The position numbers were made by a program, and so were the translations under genes. A stretch of 38,713 nucleotides of DNA from a virus, in UHGV virus genome UHGV-0213026; one strand, written 5' to 3'. Below the pieces are notes generated by a model. That model searched no databases. It saw nothing but the letters and a program-made list of their open reading frames with translations, and had not been told where the DNA came from. Below, in pieces: positions 1-7,238 of this stretch (position 1 is the first letter of the stretch; each line of letters begins with the position of its first letter).

Positions 1-330
1 ATGTTTAAAAGTCGATTAAAAGAATTAAGAGCAAGCAGAAAATGGACACAATCAGACTTAGCAAAGAAACTGAATGTTTCTCAGCAAACAATCGGCAGTT
101 GGGAAGTTGGTCGAGCAGAGCCTAATTCTGATGCTTTGGCTAAAATCGCAGCCCTCTTTGGAACTTCTGTAGACTATCTGTTAGGAATTGATGATGAAAA
201 GCTACCTAATAAACCTTCAAATAAAATCGATACTATTGCTGCACATATTGATGATGATGTGTCGGAAGAACAGATGAATGAAATATTAAACTTCATAGAA
301 TTCGTTAAAAATAGAGATCATAAAAAGTAG
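1..330 (+). CDS. XRE-family HTH repressor (CI/ImmR-like), 109 aa
   Basis: N-terminal HTH_3 signature (LKELRASRKWTQSDLAKKLNVSQQTIGSWEVGRAEPN). Followed by an ImmA-like gene. Divergent from the cro-like gene when the window is read as a circle. Confidence 0.8.
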   Translation: MFKSRLKELRASRKWTQSDLAKKLNVSQQTIGSWEVGRAEPNSDALAKIAALFGTSVDYLLGIDDEKLPNKPSNKIDTIAAHIDDDVSEEQMNEILNFIEFVKNRDHKK

Positions 331-338
331 GTGATTAG

Positions 339-812
339 TTGCAGTTATCAGAAGAGTTGATGATAATGTTTCCTGAACTTACATATAAGACAGAGCACGG
401 TATGCCGATTGGTCAAAAAGGATTACTGATTAACGAAACTATCTATTTAAATCCTAATCAGGAAAAATATGAGTTGAACAGTACCTTAGCAGAAGAATTA
501 GGACATTACCTTACTTCTTACGGGAACATCGTATTACAAGATACAAACGAAAAACGAAAACAAGAACGTCGAGCAAGAGATATTGGATCAATATTAGTTG
601 TTTCACCACAAGATATAATTGAATGTTTTGAAGAAGGATGTCGTTCAACTTTAGAATGTGCACTACATCTACAAATTACTGAAGATACTTTCAAAGATGC
701 TGTCAAATATTATTCAAGAAGGTTTTCAGGCATTAAAACAGAAAACAACTACACTCTCCTATTCCAACCGAATGGGACTGTAGCAGTTTTAAAATCATTT
801 AATAATTTTTAG
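339..812 (+). CDS. ImmA/IrrE-like (DUF955) protein, putative anti-repressor protease partner; TTG start
   Basis: Sits directly downstream of the XRE repressor, as in ImmR/ImmA pairs. Motif EELGHYL resembles HEXXH but the first His is replaced by Glu. RBS AGGTGA lies 4 nt before TTG. Confidence 0.45.
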   Translation: MQLSEELMIMFPELTYKTEHGMPIGQKGLLINETIYLNPNQEKYELNSTLAEELGHYLTSYGNIVLQDTNEKRKQERRARDIGSILVVSPQDIIECFEEGCRSTLECALHLQITEDTFKDAVKYYSRRFSGIKTENNYTLLFQPNGTVAVLKSFNNF

Positions 813-823
813 GAGATGGGTAA

Positions 824-1186
824 ATGAAGAACACAAGATTAGTTATAGGGATTGTCAGCATAGTACTATCTGTTCTAGTTGGGTTTCAATCAATGATAGC
901 CGGTTTGGGTAATGCATTGGCTGAGAATGGAGAAGTCAGCGGATCAGCTGGATTTTTATTATCCTTATTTATGTTAGTTGCAGGTATTATTGCAATTGTT
1001 GCAAGAAAAGGTGGCAAAGCAAATTACGTTGCTGCAATTTTTTACATTTTAGGTTCATTACTAGGATTTGCTAACTCTGGTAGCTACGGCGACTTAAAAA
1101 TATGGTCATTTTTAGCTTTGGCTTTCGGAATAGTATTTATTGTTGGTGAAATACTTGGCAAGAAAAAAATGAAAGCTGTGAGGTAA
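824..1186 (+). CDS. Small polytopic membrane protein (about 4 TM helices)
   Basis: Hydrophobic segments IGIVSIVLSVLVGF, LLSLFMLVAGIIAIV, AAIFYILGSLLGFA, SFLALAFGIVFIVG. Position between immA and int is typical for superinfection-exclusion genes. Confidence 0.55.
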   Translation: MKNTRLVIGIVSIVLSVLVGFQSMIAGLGNALAENGEVSGSAGFLLSLFMLVAGIIAIVARKGGKANYVAAIFYILGSLLGFANSGSYGDLKIWSFLALAFGIVFIVGEILGKKKMKAVR

Positions 1187-1191
1187 GTATA

Positions 1192-1764
1192 ATGAAAAAA
1201 ATTACACTATTTGGATTCGCATTCTTAAGTCTCATGTTGGGGGCATGTAGCAATGATACCAATGAAGCAAAATCTTCAAACTCGTCTGAAGCAGCATCAA
1301 GTGAAATTTCTACTGAGGCTTCTTTAGCTACATCCGCTTCATCCGAGAATTCAACTGCTGGAACGTATAAAGATCGCACGTTAGATGTTCCAGATGGAAC
1401 ATTAAAAATCACTGGATTTGAGCGTGGTCAAGATTATGAAGGCAATCCTATGTTTTACGTATTCTTCGATCTTACTAACAAATCTGACGAAGCTCAAAAT
1501 GTTCAAATGCTATATATGAGTTTTGTATCAGCAAGTCAAAATACTGGAGCGACAACTGAAGATTTAGAGATGTCTATGATGATGGATAATCCATACCAAG
1601 AAAAAGCAGACTTACTTCAGAAAGATCTTAATCCTGGGCAAACTATTTCAGGCGTCTATTATTACAATTTCGCAGATGATACCAAACCTGTAACATTTGA
1701 ATTTTCCGATGCACTATTTTCACTTAATGACCCAGTAGCAACTGAAGAAATTGAAATTCCATAA
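1192..1764 (+). CDS. Secreted lipoprotein (signal peptide plus lipobox LGAC, Ser-rich linker, C-terminal globular domain)
   Basis: N-terminus MKKITLFGFAFLSLMLGAC is a type II signal peptide and lipobox. Ser/Ala/Glu-rich low-complexity linker. Translationally coupled to the upstream membrane protein. Confidence 0.6.
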   Translation: MKKITLFGFAFLSLMLGACSNDTNEAKSSNSSEAASSEISTEASLATSASSENSTAGTYKDRTLDVPDGTLKITGFERGQDYEGNPMFYVFFDLTNKSDEAQNVQMLYMSFVSASQNTGATTEDLEMSMMMDNPYQEKADLLQKDLNPGQTISGVYYYNFADDTKPVTFEFSDALFSLNDPVATEEIEIP

Positions 1765-1924
1765 TTATTAGATTAGCCTTCGGGCTTTTCTTTTTAAGTT
1801 TAATAGAACGTATGTTCGGATAAACAATAATAAACTTCGAATACCAGATTATTTAAGTGATTATTCGATTGAAATCACTCAAATATTCGAATTTAATATG
1901 CAGAATTACGAAAGGAGAATTCCC

Positions 1925-3148
1925 ATGGCTTCTATAAAAAAATACTATCTGAAGAAAGCAAAACAATATAGATATGAAGTTTTCATTTCTAATGGAATCA
2001 ATCCCGGAACAGGAAAACAAAACAAGATACACAAAAAGGGATTCAAGTCATTTGATGAAGCAAATAGTTACGCCAAAATAATTGAAGGAAAAATTGCATC
2101 AGAAGAATATTTCAAAGAAAATCCACAGAACTTAACTATAGAAGAATTTCTTGAAGATTGGGTAACCAATTATAAGCAAGCAGTCAAGGAAGGTACAAGA
2201 GTAGTTCACAGAGCAAACATAAGGATGTATATCGTTCCCTATATTGGAAAATATTCCTTGAACAAATATACTCGAGCTGATCATCAAAAATTCATTAATC
2301 TACTACTAACAAAGGCTGGTTTAGGAAGAAGCGGAAAAGGTTTGTCCATCACTACTGCCAAAAGCGTAAATGCGACGCTGAGCAATGCATTCAAAAAAGC
2401 AATTCAATTAGGTTATATAAAAGATAACCCAACTCAATTCGTTGAATTCCCAAGATTGATTGAGAAAAAAGAATCGATTAGATATTATGATCTGCAGCAA
2501 GCTGATAGATTTTTAGAATTTGCGAAAAAAGAATCCGAGGTTTTGTGGTACCCCTTCTTCCTACTAATCTTTGATCAAGGATTGAGGAAATCAGAAGTAA
2601 TGGGTTTACAGTGGCAGGATATTGATTTCGGTGGGAATATGATCAGTATTGAGAGAGAACGGTTAGGATCAGTTGAAAAAGGCTTGAACATTAATGCTAT
2701 CATTACTGATGATCCAAAAACACCAGCCGGTATCAGAAGTATGCCTATGACTAAAAGAAGCAAACAGGCGCTCCTTGCTTTTAGAAATCATATCCTGAGT
2801 ACTTTTGGTACCTTCCCTTCCACTGAAGATGGCGAACAATTTATCTTCTTACAAACCAGTAAGAGATATAAAGGTAAGATAGTTCGTGATCGATCAGTGA
2901 ATGGTGCATTTAATCGGATTGCTGAAAAAGCTGATTTGCCGAAAATTAGAGTCCACGATGGCAGGCATACATTTGCAGTCAGATCTCGTCAAGCTGGTCT
3001 GTCCTTAGAAGATATCAAAGACTTCCTTGGTCACAAAGATATTTCAACAACTCAAATCTATGCCCACATTTCACCAGAAGTCAAAAAGAGGTCTATGGAA
3101 CAATTCGAAAACTACATCGAAAGCGAAAGAAAAAAGCACTCGCAATGA
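1925..3148 (+). CDS. int: Tyrosine site-specific integrase
   Basis: C-terminal catalytic signature HDGRHTFA ... LGHKDISTTQIYAH (R-H-R-Y family). RBS AAAGGAG lies 8 nt upstream of ATG at 1925; the ORF-track start at 1898 is likely too long. Arm-type repeats lie immediately downstream. Confidence 0.85.
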   Translation: MASIKKYYLKKAKQYRYEVFISNGINPGTGKQNKIHKKGFKSFDEANSYAKIIEGKIASEEYFKENPQNLTIEEFLEDWVTNYKQAVKEGTRVVHRANIRMYIVPYIGKYSLNKYTRADHQKFINLLLTKAGLGRSGKGLSITTAKSVNATLSNAFKKAIQLGYIKDNPTQFVEFPRLIEKKESIRYYDLQQADRFLEFAKKESEVLWYPFFLLIFDQGLRKSEVMGLQWQDIDFGGNMISIERERLGSVEKGLNINAIITDDPKTPAGIRSMPMTKRSKQALLAFRNHILSTFGTFPSTEDGEQFIFLQTSKRYKGKIVRDRSVNGAFNRIAEKADLPKIRVHDGRHTFAVRSRQAGLSLEDIKDFLGHKDISTTQIYAHISPEVKKRSMEQFENYIESERKKHSQ

Positions 3149-3158
3149 GTGCTTTTTG
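3135..3158 (+). terminator. Rho-independent terminator of int (AGCACTC-gcaa-GAGTGCT followed by TTTTT)
   Basis: 7-bp perfect stem overlapping the int stop codon, followed by a T-run. Confidence 0.5.
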
Positions 3159-3162
3159 ATTG

Positions 3163-3187
3163 TCACTATCACCAAAACTATCACCAG
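3163..3187. repeat. 25-bp direct repeat copy 1 (TCACTATCACCAAAACTATCACCAG), contains 2x TATCACCA; putative integrase arm-type sites (attP P arm)
   Basis: Exact 25-nt repeat present again at 3427-3451. Each copy holds two TATCACCA submotifs. Confidence 0.55.
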
Positions 3188-3426
3188 TTACAAACTAAAG
3201 CGAACATGTTTCGTTCACCACTAATTTATAAGAGTGTTAAAAACGTTGGCTTATAGACGTTCGTTCAATTCTTTTGCAAGATCTTCGAAACCTGGTTTGC
3301 CAAGTAAGGCGAACATGTTTTTCTTGTACCTCTTCCCCATTTCCTATTGTTTCCCATTTACCAAAACCCTTTAATATCAGTACTTTTATTAGTATTTTTT
3401 GTTTCTAACTTTTCTTATATTTAGAT
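3188..3426. other. Putative attP core-containing region between arm repeats; contains 12-bp direct repeat GCGAACATGTTT (3200-3211 and 3308-3319) and a short minus-strand ORF fragment (3251-3339) resembling a carried gene 3-prime end
   Basis: Noncoding, flanked by identical arm-type repeats and immediately downstream of int. Minus-strand reading gives [29 protein letters not shown] followed by a stop. Confidence 0.4.
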
Positions 3427-3451
3427 TCACTATCACCAAAACTATCACCAG
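3427..3451. repeat. 25-bp direct repeat copy 2 (attP P-prime arm candidate)
   Basis: Identical to 3163-3187. Confidence 0.55.
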
Positions 3452-3552
3452 AAATTTTAGATGTTTCTATCCATTCTAATTTTAAATTTATAATTCTGTT
3501 CGCTTTACAAAGAGAACAAACGTTCGTATACTTTTCGTAAGGAGTGATAATT

Positions 3553-3906
3553 ATGGGAATGATTAAACCTTATGAGGATCGTAAAAAATTAAAGTGGATA
3601 GGATTCTTCTTGTCTGAACATACAACTGATATTGATAGAGTTGACAAAGAGTTAGCTTATGTATGCCCTCCTAAACCAGAAATGGATGAAGAAGAAATAG
3701 GAAAGTTTCTTCAGGAAGCGCTTATGAAACACAAAAAGTTAGCCGTGCAACTAAATTACACACAGTTGGGAAAATTCATGCCTGATATAACCGGGTTTCT
3801 GTCTGGGCACAATGATCTGGGAATCTACATCGGATCCACCCTCATAGAATATGGTGAAATTCGAAATATAGATTTCTATTCTGAGAAAAAGTGGTTTGAT
3901 GTGTAA
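3553..3906 (+). CDS. Hypothetical protein (accessory operon A, gene 1), 117 aa
   Basis: ATG at 3553 preceded by AAGGAG at 8-nt spacing. Stop overlaps the next start (TAATG). No recognisable domain. Confidence 0.5.
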   Translation: MGMIKPYEDRKKLKWIGFFLSEHTTDIDRVDKELAYVCPPKPEMDEEEIGKFLQEALMKHKKLAVQLNYTQLGKFMPDITGFLSGHNDLGIYIGSTLIEYGEIRNIDFYSEKKWFDV

Positions 3907-4172
3907 TGAATATCATCAGTCAATACGAGCAAGGTTACTTATCTCTATCTGATTTTATAAATGAATTCCCGGATTTTATTTCCGAATCACAGGAAGCTTT
4001 GTTCGGATCAAATTGTGTCGAGTTTTATGTTGCTGTCACTTTAGGTAAAACGGATTGTCGCTATTATGTACAAGCTTATGGAGGCGATTGTTATGAAGTC
4101 GATGAAAGGCTATGTATCGAAAATACGAGTGTTGAAGATGAGCAAGACCCCTTTGGTGCGGTTCTCGCTTGA
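3906..4172 (+). CDS. Hypothetical small acidic Cys-containing protein (accessory operon A, gene 2), 88 aa
   Basis: Translationally coupled to gene 1. Very acidic composition (many D/E). Confidence 0.45.
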   Translation: MNIISQYEQGYLSLSDFINEFPDFISESQEALFGSNCVEFYVAVTLGKTDCRYYVQAYGGDCYEVDERLCIENTSVEDEQDPFGAVLA

Positions 4173-4362
4173 TGGAGTTAACTGTTTGATTGCAGCGCAT
4201 AGTTTAAACTTTCTAGCCGATGTTGATGAGGGAATGCAGATTGTAGTTGCTGGCGAGTATAATGATCGTAAGCAGTTTGTTGTGAAAAAGTATACGGTGA
4301 TTGGCAAAACGAAGATTATGATTGAATTCGAAGCAATGAAAAAAGCCCCCTACTCTAATTGA
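4093..4362 (+). CDS. Hypothetical protein (accessory operon A, gene 3), 89 aa; overlaps gene 2 by 80 nt in another frame
   Basis: Strong RBS GGAGG lies 8 nt before ATG at 4093; the ORF-track start at 4066 is probably too long. Last codons (PYSN-stop) are encoded inside the terminator palindrome. Confidence 0.4.
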   Translation: MKSMKGYVSKIRVLKMSKTPLVRFSLDGVNCLIAAHSLNFLADVDEGMQIVVAGEYNDRKQFVVKKYTVIGKTKIMIEFEAMKKAPYSN

Positions 4363-4368
4363 GTAAGG
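4346..4368 (+). terminator. Palindromic terminator element copy 1 (CCCCCTACTC-taatt-GAGTAAGG)
   Basis: Hairpin overlapping the stop of 4093-4362. Same element recurs at 5723-5746 and 6222-6247. Confidence 0.4.
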
Positions 4369-4484
4369 AGCTTTCGTTATAACATAAAATTGTCAAGCCG
4401 TCTTATACAAACATTAGTTCCTCTTGTTTTCCGTTTCATTTAATAAGTATAATGTAAGTAAATTTTTAAAAAGGAGTTTTTAAA

Positions 4485-4898
4485 ATGTACGGTAATATGA
4501 TTTTAGCTCAAAATGTAAATGCTGATCAGAATGGGAATGGCTTTTTCATTAATAATCCTACAAACAGTTTTTCTATATTAAGCACTCCTACTCTTCACAA
4601 CTTAGCTTTGCTTTTTAATATTTCTGGGATAGATCCTAAACAAAGTCACAATTTGAAGCTAGTTCTAAGAAGCGAAACTGTAGAGAGAATTGTTTTGAAT
4701 GAAAATATTCCAGTGCAAATTAATCATTTCAGTTCTCAAGACGATGACCCTAATACAGTTTTTTCAATGAATGCTAATATTGTGCTAAGTTCAATTCAAA
4801 TTGACCACTTAGGGAGATTCGACTTAATTTTATATGTAGATGAAATCGAAATATGCTCATCACCATTATTCTTTACTCAAGCAAAAGCTTTACAATAG
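4485..4898 (+). CDS. Hypothetical protein (accessory operon B, gene 1), 137 aa, Asn-rich
   Basis: RBS AAGGAG lies 9 nt before ATG. No domain recognised. The region appears AT-rich by eye. Confidence 0.55.
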   Translation: MYGNMILAQNVNADQNGNGFFINNPTNSFSILSTPTLHNLALLFNISGIDPKQSHNLKLVLRSETVERIVLNENIPVQINHFSSQDDDPNTVFSMNANIVLSSIQIDHLGRFDLILYVDEIEICSSPLFFTQAKALQ

Positions 4899-4907
4899 GT
4901 GGTTACA

Positions 4908-5459
4908 ATGACTGATTGTAAAAAAGAAGAGAGTACTAAAGTTGTAAGTAATAGTTCTAAAATAATCAATCCTAAAATACTTGCAACTCCACCTGCTAAA
5001 ATCGAAACTGTTAAAATAAACTTTAATAGGAAACCTACAATTGACCATTTTAAATTTGAAACCATCAACCCTTTGGGGCATAGAGTCGTTTTGAAAGAAA
5101 GTACTTGGACGGAACATGTAATTAATGACCATCCAGATAGATCTTTTTACAATGATGAATTCAATTTTGGACAAATATTAAGCGTTATAACTACTCCCAC
5201 TATAATAGTTGAAGATAAAGACTTTTCCGAAGAAAATGTTAGGATTAATTATTTCGGAAGTGCGATGATTAAAAATAATGGGCAATTTAAAATGAAAAGT
5301 GTTAAAATAGTAACAGAGGTATATGAATCAGAAATTTCCTTTAATATTAAAGACGGTTCAACTTGGAATTACCAAGAAATGGTTACTTGTTTCGTCCAAA
5401 GTACAATGAATGAGGATTTAAACGATAGGGGGGTGCATTATGTACAAAATTCTTTATAA
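4908..5459 (+). CDS. Hypothetical protein (accessory operon B, gene 2), 183 aa
   Basis: RBS AGGTGG lies 5 nt before ATG at 4908; the track start at 4899 is a GTG extension. Begins 10 nt after the gene 1 stop. Confidence 0.55.
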   Translation: MTDCKKEESTKVVSNSSKIINPKILATPPAKIETVKINFNRKPTIDHFKFETINPLGHRVVLKESTWTEHVINDHPDRSFYNDEFNFGQILSVITTPTIIVEDKDFSEENVRINYFGSAMIKNNGQFKMKSVKIVTEVYESEISFNIKDGSTWNYQEMVTCFVQSTMNEDLNDRGVHYVQNSL

Positions 5460-5742
5460 AGATTTTATTGCTGATGCATCACTTTCGGTAAATTATAATG
5501 TTGACTATGATTATCTTACGTTTTACAACAAATCGATTGGGGAAATTGACTATATTCAATCTACAGATCATATTTATCTGATAGTAGACTTAGATAACTC
5601 TTCAATTGTTGGAGCCAAGATCATGGGCTTGATGAATTACTTCTCGTTAGAAGAACTAAATGAATTAGAATATCCCTTTGTGGCTGACTCTATAAAAAAA
5701 ATATATCATAGGATAGCAAATACCCCCTACTCAAGCGAGTAA
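5440..5742 (+). CDS. Hypothetical protein (accessory operon B, gene 3), 100 aa
   Basis: Overlaps gene 2 by 20 nt. RBS GGGGGG precedes the start. The C-terminus (PYSSE-stop) is encoded by terminator palindrome copy 2. Confidence 0.5.
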   Translation: MYKILYKDFIADASLSVNYNVDYDYLTFYNKSIGEIDYIQSTDHIYLIVDLDNSSIVGAKIMGLMNYFSLEELNELEYPFVADSIKKIYHRIANTPYSSE

Positions 5743-5754
5743 GGGGTTCTTTTA
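5723..5754. terminator. Palindromic terminator element copy 2 (CCCCCTACTC-aagc-GAGTAAGGGG + TTCTTTTAT); bidirectional, also abuts the 3-prime end of tRNA-Met
   Basis: Stem of 5+4 bp with one bulge, followed by a T-rich tract on the plus strand. Confidence 0.5.
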
Positions 5755-5828
5755 TGTACCTTGTAGGACTCGAACCTACGACCGGACGGTTATGAGCCGT
5801 CTGCTCTAACCAACTGAGCTAAAGGTAC
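5755..5828 (-). tRNA. tRNA with CAT anticodon (elongator Met or Ile2/lysidine type), 74 nt
   Basis: Manual cloverleaf fold. Acceptor GTACCTT/AAGGTAC, D stem GCTC/GAGC, anticodon stem GACGG/CCGTC with loop CTCATAA, T arm GTAGG-TTCGAGT-CCTAC, discriminator A. G1-C72 is paired, so it is not an initiator. Confidence 0.85.
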
Positions 5829-6221
5829 AAAACAACCCACCCTCTGAGAGAGTGGGCCTGAAAAAAGATATAAAATGAAATAGCCCCGGTCAAGGCTATG
5901 ATTCCATTCTACAAGAACATAGTTTTTATTTCAACAAAAAATCCACCCTATCTTGCGTAGAGTGGATCTCGAAAGAGTAAACGAAAAATAAACATTTTGG
6001 GTATGAGACTACGATACATCTTTTATTAATCAAACTCAACCAATTTATGACGGTTTTCTAATCAATAATATCTATTACATTAAAATAATGCTAAAATAAA
6101 AAAGAAGAGTATTAGGCGCACTTCCCCAAGTTTTCACCGCCTAACTACTCTTCTTAAAGTATTGCACGCATCTACTAATTTATAGCATAAACTAAATTAC
6201 TGCAAGTAAAATGAATATAAT

Positions 6222-6247
6222 CCCCCCCTACTCAAAAGAGTAAGGGG
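6222..6247. terminator. Palindromic terminator element copy 3 (CCCCCCCTACTC-aaaa-GAGTAAGGGG), 7 nt downstream of the endolysin stop on the minus strand
   Basis: Same palindrome family as copies 1 and 2. Confidence 0.5.
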
Positions 6248-6255
6248 TGTTTGTG

Positions 6256-7200
6256 TTATAACTTATTGTTGTTTAGTGCTTTTTGCAAAGCTTTAACTGC
6301 GTTGGATGTTGGGCTGATGATACCATCTTGTGTTGTGCCTAATCGTTTCTGTAATGCCTTGATAGTTGCTTGGCCAAGAAGTCCATCTTGCGTAACGCCT
6401 AACAATTTTTGCAATGCTTTAATTACATTAGATCCTTTTAGTGTAGAATCAAATTGCGCCGCATAAACATTTTGATTGTACTTTTGCTTGTACTGATGAC
6501 TAATCACGCCATCTTGTGTTGTGCCAAAGTATTGTTGCAATCGTTTTGCAGTAGCAGCGCCGAATTTACCATCCACTGTTAGCTGGCTATAACTAGGCTT
6601 AGTGGTGCTTGTTGTGGATCCATTGCTAGATGTACTGGGCTTAGTAGCGGTGGTGTCGTTGCTAGTAGCTTTTCCAAACACCGCATCTTTGAAGCGTTCT
6701 AGTTCACTTGGTTTAGCTACCCACGGAGCTGGGCAGTTCTTGCCAGTAACATCATAATGTCGCCAAATCTTATTACGAGTGATATTTGGATACTTTGCGA
6801 TCAGTTCTTTGACAGCTTTAACGGTGTTCTGAAATGTTTTTTCAGTGATATTTCCATTTCTATCCAAGCACATCTCCACGCCAATAGCACCATAATTAGC
6901 ATTACCAATTTGCGAATACAAAGGTTTGTAGATAGATCCATCAGAATTGTATCTAACCGTATCATTTGCATGGTAAGCGACTTCGTCTAATGGAATGATA
7001 CAAATAGCTTCATTGTCATCTACAAACAAGTGAGCGGAAGCATAAACGCCATTCAGATTGTTGAAGTAGTCTTTGTGGTTTCGGGCAGTACCGCCATTGT
7101 TAGCAGTGTAATGCATGATAATTCCTTTGATACCATAGTTCTTGATTCCTGGACGAGAAAACTTATTGATTCTGATATATTCATATTTAATGAAACTCAT
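6256..7200 (-). CDS. Endolysin: N-acetylmuramoyl-L-alanine amidase (Amidase_2/PGRP fold) with C-terminal repeated cell-wall-binding modules
   Basis: N-terminal half has the Amidase_2-like pattern (YHANDT..., zinc-ligand context). C-terminal half has repeats TTQDGVISHQY, GVTQDGLLGQATIKALQKRLG and GTTQDGIISPTSNAVKALQKAL. It is the last gene of the lysis cassette. Confidence 0.85.
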   Translation of the reverse strand: MSFIKYEYIRINKFSRPGIKNYGIKGIIMHYTANNGGTARNHKDYFNNLNGVYASAHLFVDDNEAICIIPLDEVAYHANDTVRYNSDGSIYKPLYSQIGNANYGAIGVEMCLDRNGNITEKTFQNTVKAVKELIAKYPNITRNKIWRHYDVTGKNCPAPWVAKPSELERFKDAVFGKATSNDTTATKPSTSSNGSTTSTTKPSYSQLTVDGKFGAATAKRLQQYFGTTQDGVISHQYKQKYNQNVYAAQFDSTLKGSNVIKALQKLLGVTQDGLLGQATIKALQKRLGTTQDGIISPTSNAVKALQKALNNNKL

Positions 7201-7238
7201 GTTTAACTTCCTTTCTTAGAAAAAGAGCGGCCAATTGG

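Noticed and set aside
3251-3339. 29-aa minus-strand ORF in the attP region as a real phage gene
   Set aside because: It has no RBS and sits between the arm repeats. It is more plausibly a carried host gene 3-prime fragment (see finding) than an expressed phage gene, and I cannot confirm either reading without a host sequence.
5755-5828. tRNA(CAT) as the integration site or prophage boundary, with 1-5750 as a separate integrated element
   Set aside because: The arm-type repeats and the integrase sit together at 1925-3451, 2.3 kb away from the tRNA, and a second tRNA is internal to the late region. The cI-like gene at nt 1 and the cro-like gene at the window end form one switch when the window is read as a circle. 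A single complete phage genome explains everything more simply.
6251-6466. Plus-strand 71-aa ORF
   Set aside because: It lies entirely antisense within the endolysin coding sequence and has no RBS. It is a by-product of the Cys/Ala-rich repeat codons on the opposite strand.
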